Notes under the pieces: generated by a model | Seen by the model: only the letters and a program-made list of their open reading frames with translations | What the model was told of the DNA's origin: nothing | The model's database searches: none | NCBI GenBank assembly: GCA_963723515.1 | Contig: CAVRQT010000003.1 | Span: 416,001-480,000 of the forward strand | Source of the DNA: Vulcanimicrobiota bacterium | Lineage (GTDB): Bacteria; Vulcanimicrobiota; Vulcanimicrobiia; Vulcanimicrobiales; Vulcanimicrobiaceae | Reading direction: 5' to 3' | Length of the DNA: 64,000 bases | In this document: positions 33,834 to 42,348 of the stretch, in pieces | Position numbering within the stretch: the first letter of the stretch is position 1 | Layout of the letters: the number at the start of each line of letters is the position of its first letter | Position numbers and translations under genes: made by a program

Positions 33834-33995
33834 GGCGTATCTCCTGTCGTCTCGCCTGTTTGAAACCGTTTCCGGTTTCCCACTGACGTATCGACGGTTC
33901 GATCGTTACGCTCGGACCGTCGCGAAAGCGACGTCATCGTCAACACGTAAGGATCGCGGTTTTTACGCGCTCCGCACTTCGTCGTTACTCGAAGT
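33795..33995 (-). ncRNA. Candidate novel structured small RNA (~200 nt)
   Basis: Bounded by its own promoter and an intrinsic terminator, with five predicted stem-loop domains and no credible RBS-led ORF. Family not recognised. Confidence 0.65.
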
Positions 33996-34001
33996 TTTTG
34001 C

Positions 34002-34030
34002 ATGGTAGCATCGTGAAAAGCGCTGCGCAA
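34002..34030 (-). promoter_or_regulatory. Sigma70-type promoter for the candidate sRNA
   Basis: TTGCGC-N17-TACCAT with extended TGn; predicted +1 is A near 33995. Confidence 0.7.
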
Positions 34031-34043
34031 GGGCTTTTTGCCG

Positions 34044-34114
34044 TCGCTCACAACCTTTCCACAAGAAATAAAACTTATTCGCCATGCGTTAGGTGGTTAT
34101 CCACGGTTTCCACA
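34044..34114 (+). promoter_or_regulatory. Cluster of DnaA-box-like 9-mers
   Basis: CTTTCCACA 34055, TTATCCACG 34097 and GTTTCCACA 34106, each 1 mismatch to TTWTNCACA and in the same orientation; a weaker TCGCTCACA at 34044. Confidence 0.55.
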
Positions 34115-34136
34115 AAGACGTGCGACAAGGAGCAAC

Positions 34137-34658
34137 GTGAAACGACCAACTTTGACCCTGATGCTCGGCTTGCTCATCTTCGGTGAAGCATTCTGTTCGA
34201 CCAACGCAGTGCACGCGCAAAGCATGTTCGGCGGCGCGCCGATCGACGGCATCCGCTGCGAGAGCATGGAAGGTGCCGTGCTGCACATTCACCAGCATCT
34301 CCAACTCTTCGATCGTGGACGCGCCGTACAAGTGCCGGCCGGCATCGGAATACCATCGGCTGCGAATTGCTTGTACTGGCTGCACACGCATACGAGCGAC
34401 GGCATCATCCACGTCGAGTCGCCCACGCGGCGGTCGTACGCGCTGGGGCAGTTCTTTGACATCTGGGGTCAAGAGTTGAGCCGCACGCAAGCTGACGGCG
34501 TGCGGGCACCGCGCGGGAGGGCACTGCGCATCACGGTCAACGGCCGCCTGTATCGCGGTGATCCGCGTTCGATTCCGCTGCGCGACCACGAAGAGATCGT
34601 CATTCAAAACGGACCGCCCTACGCGCGGGCCGCCTCCTACGACTGGTCCCGCATGTAG
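34137..34658 (+). CDS. Secreted His-motif hypothetical protein
   Basis: AAGGAG RBS, GTG start and signal peptide; HIHQHL, CLYWLHTH...GIIHVESP, LGQFF.IWG. Confidence 0.8.
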   Translation: MKRPTLTLMLGLLIFGEAFCSTNAVHAQSMFGGAPIDGIRCESMEGAVLHIHQHLQLFDRGRAVQVPAGIGIPSAANCLYWLHTHTSDGIIHVESPTRRSYALGQFFDIWGQELSRTQADGVRAPRGRALRITVNGRLYRGDPRSIPLRDHEEIVIQNGPPYARAASYDWSRM

Positions 34659-34707
34659 CCTTTCTCCGACCTGGGACGCGGGCAGAAACGCGTCTAAGGG
34701 TGCCTTC

Positions 34708-36262
34708 ATGACCGCTACGGCAGTCCCAACGGTCGAGCTCGATGGCAAGCATCTGACGCTCGAGCAAGTTCGTGCGGTCGCCGAAGAGGGCGCATCGGTC
34801 ACCGTTTCACCGGAGGCGCGCAAACGCGTCAAAGCGGCGCGCGCATTCGTCGAGCAACAGTTCGACCGCGGGAACCCCGATCTACGGTGTGACGACCGGC
34901 TTCGGCCGCCTCGCCAATGTGGCGGTGCCGCCGTCGGAGGCCGCAACACTGCAACTGAATCTCGTGCGCAGCCATGCGGCAGGGACCGGACCGCCGCTTG
35001 CGCAGCGTTTCGTGCGCGCCGCCGGCGTCTTGCGCGTCAGTTCGCTTGCCGCCGGCCACTCCGGCGTCAAGACAGAGACGCTCGATCTGCTGATGGCAAT
35101 TCTTAACGAGAGCATCACGCCGTACGTCCCGATGCAAGGCTCCGTCGGTGCAAGCGGCGACCTCGCGCCGCTCGCGCACATGACGCTGACGCTGCTCGGT
35201 GAAGGCGACGCGTTTTACCGCGGCGAGCGCATGCCCGCGCAACGCGCGCTTCGCGAAGCAGGCTTGCAGCCGTTGACGCTGGGCGCGAAAGAAGGCCTCT
35301 CGCTCGTCAATGGTACCGAGGTCATGACGGGCATCTCGGCCCTATGCGTTTTGCGCGCCGAGCGCTTATGTGCGGCGGCGGATGTGATCGGTGCGCTCTC
35401 GTTGGAGGCGTTTCATGCAACCGATCGTGTCTTCGATCGCCGCATCAACGCATTGCGGCCGCACGTCGGCCAGTCGCGCGTCGCCGAGAACCTTCGCGCC
35501 CTCCTGCGTGATTCCGAGATCATGCAATCGCATCGTGAATGCGGTCGCGTGCAAGATCCCTACTCTTACCGCTGCATCCCCGTCGTGCACGGCGCGGTAC
35601 GAGATGCGGTTGCTTATGCAAGAAAAGTGATCGAAACCGAGGCGATCTCCGTCACCGACAATCCGCTCGTTTTTCCGAAGGACGAAGAATTTTTGAGCGG
35701 CGGCAACTTTCACGGACAGCCCGTTGCGCTGGCGGCCGACGTGCTCAAGACCGCGATCTCGCAACTTGCGAACATCAGCGAACGGCGGCTCTATCTTTTG
35801 CTCAATGCAGAGGAGCGCGGTTTGCCGCTGTTCTTGACGGGTCGCTCCGGGTTGCAGTCGGGCCTTATGCTCGTGCAGTACACTTCGGCGGCGCTCGTGA
35901 GCGAAAACAAGGGCCTTTCGTGGCCGAACAGCGTCGACTCGATTCCAACATCGGCGGGCCAGGAAGATCACGTGAGCATGGGGATGACGGCGGCGTGCAA
36001 CTTGGATCGCGCATTAGATAATGTCGAAGGTTCTCTCGCGTGCGAACTCGTCGCGGCCTTGGTGGCGACGGATTTTCGCCGTCCGCTGCGTTCCGGCCGT
36101 GGCACACAAGCCGCGCACGATGCCGGGCGCGCGCGGATTCAAGCGTGGACTGAAGATCGGGCTCCGGCGCCTGACATCGAAGAAGCGCGCGAGCTGATCG
36201 GTTCGGGCACGATGGTTCGTGCGGCCGAAGAGGCAATTGGAGAACGGCTTTGCGACGCATAA
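34708..36262 (+). CDS. hutH: Histidine ammonia-lyase, frameshifted near 34872
   Basis: IYGVTTGFG, NLVRSHA, MIO motif GSVGASGDLAPLAH, QDPYS.RC, GGNFHG, QEDHVSMG. Confidence 0.93.
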
Positions 36263-36651
36263 CCGGTTTAGGCGGCGTTTTCTTCAAGGCGAAGGATACG
36301 AACGCGCTCGGCGAGTGGTATCGCGATCGCCTGGGGCTGCCCGTTTCCGAATATGGAAGCGCCGATTTCGACTGGATTGATGCGCAGACGAACGCTCCGG
36401 GCAAGACGGTCTGGGCGATGTTTCCACATGACAGCGATTACTTTAAGGAAACGGCGTCGCAGTTCATGGTCAACTATCGCGTTGAAGATTTGGATGCGTT
36501 GCTGGAAACGCTGCGCAAAGAAGGTGTGCGAATCGATCCGCACCGTGAGGAGTCTGAGTACGGCCGTTTTGCGTGGATTTGGGATCCCGAAGGAAACCGA
36601 ATCGAACTCTGGGAGCCGCCTCGCAACCACGCGAAGGCGCAGCAGCCGTGA
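36250..36651 (+). CDS. VOC (glyoxalase/bleomycin resistance) family protein
   Basis: [39 protein letters not shown]. Confidence 0.88.
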   Translation: MRRITGLGGVFFKAKDTNALGEWYRDRLGLPVSEYGSADFDWIDAQTNAPGKTVWAMFPHDSDYFKETASQFMVNYRVEDLDALLETLRKEGVRIDPHREESEYGRFAWIWDPEGNRIELWEPPRNHAKAQQP

Positions 36652-38309
36652 CGGCCACCGTCTCGCAGCCTCACATCGTCCGTGCGCCTCGCGGAACCAA
36701 GCTAAACGCTCTGGCCTGGCCGCAAGAAGCGGCGCTGCGCATGCTGATGAACAATCTCGATCCCGAAGTCGCGGAGCGCCCTGAAGATCTCGTCGTGTAC
36801 GGGGGGAGCGGCCGTGCGGCGCGTTCGTGGACGGCTTTTGAGGCGATCGTTCGAACGCTCAAACGGCTCAAGAACGATGAAACGCTGATCGTTCAAAGCG
36901 GCAAACCGGTTGCGGTTTGGCGCACGCATGAACGCGCGCCGCGCGTGCTCATTGCGAATGCAAATCTCGTGCCGAAGTGGGCCGATTGGAAGACCTTCCG
37001 CGAGTTGGAAGCGCAAGGACTCACGATGTACGGTCAGATGACCGCGGGATCGTGGATTTACATCGGCACCCAAGGGATCGTGCAAGGGACCTTTGAGACC
37101 TTTGCGGAGCTTGCGCGGCAGCATTTCGGCGGAACGCTTGCCGGCCGCATCTGCTTGACCGCCGGAATCGGCGGGATGGGCGGCGCGCAACCGCTCGCGA
37201 TCACGATGAACGGCGGCGTCGCAATCGTCGTCGACGTCGACCGCGCACGGCTCGAACGCCGGCATGAACTGCGCTACCTCGACTGTGTTGTCGCAAGCCG
37301 CGACGTCGCGCTCTCAGAAGCGGAAGCGGCGCGGACTGAAGGGCGCGCGCTTTCGATCGGTTACGCAGGCAATGCAGGTGAAGAGTTCGCCGCACTTTAC
37401 GCGGCCGGGCTTCGGCCGGATGCTGTCACGGACCAGACGTCCGCGCACGACATGATCAACGGCTACGTGCCGATGGGCATATCGCTGGAGGAAGCCCTCG
37501 AGTTGCGGGCGCGCGATCCGCAAGAGTATGAGCGGCGTGCTTTTGAAACGGTCGCTAAGCACGTTGAAGCGATGCTGGCCTATCTCGATGCGGGCGCTGT
37601 CGTCTTCGATTACGGCAACAATATCCGTGCGATGGCGCAGCGCGCGGGCGTGACGCGCGCCTTCGACTTTCCGGGATTCGTGCCGGCGTTTATCCGCCCG
37701 CTGTTCTGCCGGGGCAGCGGACCATTTCGCTTTGCCGCGCTTTCCGGAGATCCAGGCGATATCGCACGCCTGGATGACGAGCTGCTGAAGTTATTTCCTA
37801 ACGACGCACATCTGCGGCGTTGGATCGAACTCGCGCGTGAGCGCGTCGCGTTTCAAGGTCTCCCGGCGCGGATCTGCTGGCTCGCGTATGGCGACCGGGC
37901 AAAGGCGGGTTTGCGCTTCAACGAGCTCGTCGCTAACGGGGAAGTTAAGGCGCCGATCGTGCTCGGTCGAGATCATCTTGATACCGGCAGCGTGGCATCA
38001 CCGTACCGTGAGACAGAATCGATGAAAGACGGCAGCGACGCGATCGCGGACTGGCCGATCCTTAATGCGTTGCTGAACACCGCCGCCGGTGCGCATTGGG
38101 TGTCCTTCCATCATGGCGGCGGAGTCGGTATCGGTTACAGTTTGCATGCCGGCATGGTCGTGGTGGCGGACGGAAGCGCGGATGCGCGCGAGCGGCTAGA
38201 AACAGTCCTGACGACCGATTGCGGCATGGGCGTCGTGCGGCATGCCGACGCGGGCTACGAGCTCGCGATTGAAACGGCCGACGAAAAGGGGATCGACTGG
38301 CGGTTGTAA
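36648..38309 (+). CDS. hutU: Urocanate hydratase
   Basis: [70 protein letters not shown]. Confidence 0.97.
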   Translation: MTATVSQPHIVRAPRGTKLNALAWPQEAALRMLMNNLDPEVAERPEDLVVYGGSGRAARSWTAFEAIVRTLKRLKNDETLIVQSGKPVAVWRTHERAPRVLIANANLVPKWADWKTFRELEAQGLTMYGQMTAGSWIYIGTQGIVQGTFETFAELARQHFGGTLAGRICLTAGIGGMGGAQPLAITMNGGVAIVVDVDRARLERRHELRYLDCVVASRDVALSEAEAARTEGRALSIGYAGNAGEEFAALYAAGLRPDAVTDQTSAHDMINGYVPMGISLEEALELRARDPQEYERRAFETVAKHVEAMLAYLDAGAVVFDYGNNIRAMAQRAGVTRAFDFPGFVPAFIRPLFCRGSGPFRFAALSGDPGDIARLDDELLKLFPNDAHLRRWIELARERVAFQGLPARICWLAYGDRAKAGLRFNELVANGEVKAPIVLGRDHLDTGSVASPYRETESMKDGSDAIADWPILNALLNTAAGAHWVSFHHGGGVGIGYSLHAGMVVVADGSADARERLETVLTTDCGMGVVRHADAGYELAIETADEKGIDWRL

Positions 38310-38317
38310 GCCGATCG

Positions 38318-39541
38318 TTGCTCGTGCGGGCGGGAACGCTCGTTACCTGCGAGGGCGGCAAAGCCCAAAACGCAATCGCTTTTGATGATTTAGGGATGTT
38401 TTCGCCCGGCGCGTTCACCGTTCGTGACGGCCGTGTCGTTTCGATCGGCTCGCCGGCCGACGTCGAAAAGTCGCTCAAGGGCGCTGCAAACGTCGAGATC
38501 GTCGACTTCGAAGATTGTGTCGTCACGCCCGGCTTCATCGACGCGCACACCCATCCGCTCTTCGCAGGCGATCGCGAAGCCGATTTTGCTGCGCGCCAAC
38601 GCGGAGACTCGCCGCCGCTCGGCATGCTGCATACCGTGCAATGCACGCGCAAAGCGCTTGAATCGCCTGAGAAACGGCAAGCATTTTGGGAGTGCGTTCA
38701 TGCGCGGCTTCACACGATCGCGCTGCACGGCACGACGACGCTTGAGTGCAAGACGGGCTATGCGCTCCACCGCCAGGGCGAGATTGCGCTTTTAGATTTA
38801 ATTGAGGCCCACAAAGACGACGCCCAGCTTCCACGATTGATCGCGACGTTTTTGGGCGCACATGCGCTGCCGCCGGAATACAACGCAGAAGACGCGTTCA
38901 TCGAATACCTGATCGGCCACGTGATGCCCGTGGCGCGCGCACACGGTGCGGTGTACGCAGACGCTTTTTGCGAAACGGGCTTCTTTTCTCCCGAACAGAC
39001 CCGTCGGTATCTAGAAGCGGCGCGGGCAAACGGGCTTCGGCTGCGCGTGCATTGCGACGAGCTTGCGCGCTCCGGCGCAGCGGCGATGGCGAGCGCGCTT
39101 GATGTTGACGCGATCGACCACGCCAACTTCATCGACTCAACCGATATCGATGCGATTGTCGAGCGCGGCATCGTGACCGTCGCCTGTCCGGCGACAATCG
39201 CCTACTTGGACATTCCCAAGCACCTGCCGGCGCGCGACATCCTCGAAAGAGGCGGGATGGTCGCGCTCGCGAGCGACTACAATCCCGGAACCTCGCCGTG
39301 CTTCAATTTGCAAACCGTCGCATTCTTTGGGCGCAAATTGCTTGGCTTTTCGGCAGCTGAGGCGCTCTACGGCGTGACGCGCGCCGCCGCAGCATCACTC
39401 CACGATGACGCGGGCGTTTTGCGCAACGGCTCGCGCGCGGATTTCGTGGCGCTGCAGATCGAATCGCCCGACGAGTTCGGATGGCAGTTCGGAGGAAATC
39501 TGGCGCAGGCGGTCTTTCGCAGCGGCCGGCGGATCGGATGA
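38318..39541 (+). CDS. hutI: Imidazolonepropionase
   Basis: PGFIDAHTH.LFAGDR..DF, GTTTLE.KTGY, TFLGAHA, D.FCE.G.F, ASDYNPGTSP. May start at CTG 38297. Confidence 0.9.
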   Translation: MLVRAGTLVTCEGGKAQNAIAFDDLGMFSPGAFTVRDGRVVSIGSPADVEKSLKGAANVEIVDFEDCVVTPGFIDAHTHPLFAGDREADFAARQRGDSPPLGMLHTVQCTRKALESPEKRQAFWECVHARLHTIALHGTTTLECKTGYALHRQGEIALLDLIEAHKDDAQLPRLIATFLGAHALPPEYNAEDAFIEYLIGHVMPVARAHGAVYADAFCETGFFSPEQTRRYLEAARANGLRLRVHCDELARSGAAAMASALDVDAIDHANFIDSTDIDAIVERGIVTVACPATIAYLDIPKHLPARDILERGGMVALASDYNPGTSPCFNLQTVAFFGRKLLGFSAAEALYGVTRAAAASLHDDAGVLRNGSRADFVALQIESPDEFGWQFGGNLAQAVFRSGRRIG

Positions 39542-40828
39542 AGGAAGTCGTTCAGTGCGCGCGCGCGCTCGTCGACGGCGTCGAGCGTCACGACTTTGCG
39601 TTCATCGTTGAAGATGGCGCGATCGTGCAATGTGGAGATCGGCGTAAGATTGACGCTCGCAACGCCAGCGTGCGCGAATTTGGTCCCCAAGCAATCGTCG
39701 CGCCGGGCTTCATCAACGGTCATAGCCACGCGTATCAGGTCTTGCTGCGCGGATGGGCGGACGATCTGCCGTTTGAGCGCTGGCGACGTGACGCGCTCTA
39801 TAAAGTCGTCCCCCGCTTGACCCCCGATGACATTTACTGGACGTTCGTCTATGCGTTCGGCGAAATGCTGCGCGCTGGAATTACGAGCGTCGTCGAATTT
39901 TTCTATCTGAACGGTGCTGGAAACGAACACGCGCGGGCAGCGATTCAAGCCGCGCGAGACACGGGTATTCGGTTGATTCTGGCGCGGGCTTGGATGGACG
40001 CCCCAGACGTGCCGGCGGCATTTCGAGAGACGCTGGATCAAGCTGCGTCGCGAACGAGCGAATTGATCGCCGCGTATCCGGATGTGAATATCTGCGTTGC
40101 CCCGCACTCACTGCACGCGGCGTCACGTGAGATGATTCTTTTGCGCGGCCGAATTCTCAAAAGAGCGCGATCTGATGCTGCACATTCATGTTGCTGAGGC
40201 CGCATACGAAGGCGAACAAACGCGTGCGTTGCACGGCGCGGCGCCCATCGAATTGCTGGAGCGCTGGGAGGTCTTGACCGAACGGCTCGTCGCGATCCAT
40301 GCGATTTACTTGAGCGACGCCGAGAAGAAACTGCTGGCGGCGCGCGGTTCGCGGATCGTTCACAATCCGACCACCAACGAGTATCTCGGCGATGGCATCT
40401 GCGACATCCCAAGGTTCCGCGAGCTACGCGTGCCGATCGCGCTTGGGACCGATGCCGACGTGAAACCATCTCTGATCGATGAGATGCGGACGGCCGCATT
40501 GCTGCAAAAGGTTGCGCAGCTCGACGGAGCGGCGCTCGACGCACTTGCAGTATTTGACTTCGCAACCCGTCAGGGAGCGCAGGCGCTCAGCATCGACTGC
40601 GGCGCGTTCTCGCCGCGAAGAAGTGCCGACTATATGGTCATCGACGCCTCAAAGCTTGATCCGTGGGCGGTGCCGATCAACGGGCTCGTCTATCGCGGCG
40701 AGACCAATTGGATCGCGCAGGCCTTCGTGCACGGCAAAGAGGTATGGAGCGGAGAGGAAACGGCGTTGCAGCAGCAATCCAAGGCCGCAGTGGGTAAGAT
40801 TGCGCGAAGACTAGATCTGGGGAGGTAG
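39538..40828 (+). CDS. Amidohydrolase, formiminoglutamate deiminase (HutF)-like, frameshifted near 40140-40175
   Basis: PGFINGHSHAYQ, EMLRAG.T.V.EF.Y, APHSL, HIHVAE, LGDGI, ALGTD; ATGA coupling to hutI. Confidence 0.75.
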
Positions 40829-40831
40829 TGT

Positions 40832-41278
40832 ATGAAGGAGAAGATCAGAGCCGCATTCCTTATTTGCTCGGCAGCCCTCATTCTGGCCGCATGCGGCGGC
40901 GGAAACAAGGGCGCAAACGCGACGGCGACAACCGGCCCGATGACCGAAGGTCAACGCGAGAGCGCTGCGCTTCCGCTCACTGCGGCGAAACCGATTCCCG
41001 CCGGCCTAAATTGCGGTGCGACGAAACCCGTTTGGGTCAACCTGCACACCAAGGCCTACCACGAACCCGACAGCCCATACTATGGGCGCACGAAGAACGG
41101 ACAATATATGTGCGCTAGTGCCGCTGCAGCGGCCGGCTACCATGCGGCCGGCAGCGGAAGCGCGAACATGAATAATGCAGCGGGCGAAAACGGCGCGACG
41201 AGTAACGGTGCAACGAGCAACGGCACGTCAACGATGCCGCGGCATCATCGCCACCACCGCACGAGCAGCAGTTACTAA
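40832..41278 (+). CDS. Lipoprotein with VWVN..T..YH...YG.TK.G.YMC domain
   Basis: Lipobox ILAAC; NGATS tandem repeats and a His-rich tail. Confidence 0.75.
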   Translation: MKEKIRAAFLICSAALILAACGGGNKGANATATTGPMTEGQRESAALPLTAAKPIPAGLNCGATKPVWVNLHTKAYHEPDSPYYGRTKNGQYMCASAAAAAGYHAAGSGSANMNNAAGENGATSNGATSNGTSTMPRHHRHHRTSSSY

Positions 41279-41285
41279 AACCCCG

Positions 41286-41334
41286 TGTCACCCTGAGCTT
41301 AGCCTGTGCTGAGCGGTGTCGAAGCATCGAAGGG
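41286..41334 (+). repeat. REP-like palindrome with an inserted sub-element
   Basis: TGTCACCCTGAGCTTA[GCCTGTGCTGAGCGGTGTCGAAGCA]TCGAAGGG, between convergent genes. Confidence 0.85.
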
Positions 41335-41346
41335 CAACGGTAATCG

Positions 41347-42144
41347 CTATAACAGTTGTCGGATCGCGCGCATGAATTGACCGAAGCGAGCGTTGTTTTG
41401 ATCGGTTGACGGCAGTCCGGTGTAAACAACGATGACGTACGACGGCCCATTCGGAATATCGAGAATGCCGCCGTCGTGCGTCACTTCGTCGGTGTCGCCG
41501 GTCTTATGAGCGAATATGTCGCCGGGCCGTAAGCCGGCGTTGAGCTTGTCGTTGAATTGCTGCGCCAGCAGCGTTTCGCGAAGCAGATCGGCATACGGCA
41601 CGGCATCCTCAGCGATCATCTCGAAGAGTTTTGCCGCGTCACCCGCATTGTGAATGTTGCGGTGAACGCGATCCCAACCGGGATCGTTGATCAGCGGCTC
41701 GCTGCCTGACAGCTTGCGGTAGAAGGCGGTCTTCAGCAAGCCGTACCGTTCTTGAACGATTTGCGTTGCGCGTTCGCGTCCGCAGACGTCGAAGAGCATG
41801 TTCGTTGCCACGTTATCCGAGCGCGTAATCATCAACTCGATCAGCTCGTGCAGTGAGGCTTGGTATCCCGGCTTTAGCGGCGACGGCTTATCGTTTGCCG
41901 TCATGTTTTGCGTCGTTGTTAGGAAGTATTGCTCGAGCTTGAGATCGCCGCTCTCAACCAGCGTGAATGCAGCCACCGCGAGCGGCGTCTTGATCATGCT
42001 CGCCGGGTAGCGATAGACGTCTTCGTTGATATGAATGTCGACGGTGTGCGTTCCATCGAGCCGCTTTAGGACGATCGAGTTCGGCTCGAGTTTGGCCGCC
42101 TGCGCCGCCTCGCGCACATCGTCTTCGCTGAGCATCGCGGCCAA
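41347..42144 (-). CDS. Class A beta-lactamase-related serine hydrolase
   Basis: ASMIK (SxxK), SDN, EPLIN, HKTG; no signal peptide. Confidence 0.85.
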   Translation of the reverse strand: MAAMLSEDDVREAAQAAKLEPNSIVLKRLDGTHTVDIHINEDVYRYPASMIKTPLAVAAFTLVESGDLKLEQYFLTTTQNMTANDKPSPLKPGYQASLHELIELMITRSDNVATNMLFDVCGRERATQIVQERYGLLKTAFYRKLSGSEPLINDPGWDRVHRNIHNAGDAAKLFEMIAEDAVPYADLLRETLLAQQFNDKLNAGLRPGDIFAHKTGDTDEVTHDGGILDIPNGPSYVIVVYTGLPSTDQNNARFGQFMRAIRQLL

Positions 42145-42164
42145 CGGTTCCGCGCCTGTACTGC

Positions 42165-42300
42165 CGTCACCCTGAGTTGAGCACGGCCTGCATTGAGCGC
42201 CGAACAGCCGCCTGCAGCTCGTCGAGCTAGCCTGCAGCGTCCAGTCGAACAGCCTGCAGCGAGCTTGCCGAGCCTAGCCTGCACTGAGCTCGTCGAAGTG
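42165..42300 (+). repeat. REP half followed by five GCCTGCA-headed units
   Basis: CGTCACCCTGAG at 42165; GCCTGCA at 42186, 42210, 42230, 42252 and 42277; only the last unit is intact (GCCTGCACTGAGCTCGTCGAAGTG). Confidence 0.75.
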
Positions 42301-42340
42301 CAAGCAAGCACTTGCATTGATGCCATGCGGATGATAGCAT
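42299..42340 (+). promoter_or_regulatory. TetR operator palindrome and sigma70 promoter
   Basis: TGCAAG-N6-CTTGCA (42299-42316) overlaps the -35 TTGCAT; 17 bp later TGnTAGCAT (42335-42340); ATG 8 nt downstream. Confidence 0.7.
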
Positions 42341-42348
42341 CGGTCCGT

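Noticed and set aside
33795..33995. 6S RNA, SRP RNA or tRNA identity for the structured region
   Set aside because: It consists of local hairpins rather than one long rod with a central bubble, and has no SRP loop motif or cloverleaf. An Rfam search is still needed.
33818..34051. 77-aa minus-strand ORF over the sRNA candidate
   Set aside because: It spans the predicted promoter, its internal ATG overlaps the -10 box, there is no RBS, and the sequence is not protein-like.
34860..34885. Programmed ribosomal frameshifting in hutH and other split genes
   Set aside because: No consistent slippery heptamer or downstream structure is present, and the breaks are scattered as sequencing indels would be.
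41189..41230. 15-bp tandem repeats in the lipoprotein gene
   Set aside because: They encode a low-complexity NGATS linker with synonymous variation, which is unremarkable.
42186..42300. CRISPR array reading of the GCCTGCA periodicity
   Set aside because: The shared part is only 7 bp, the period of 20-25 bp is too short, the 'spacers' are related to each other, and no cas genes are present.
42193..42348. N-terminal extension of TetR
   Set aside because: It is translated repeat and promoter sequence; the promoter position supports ATG 42349.
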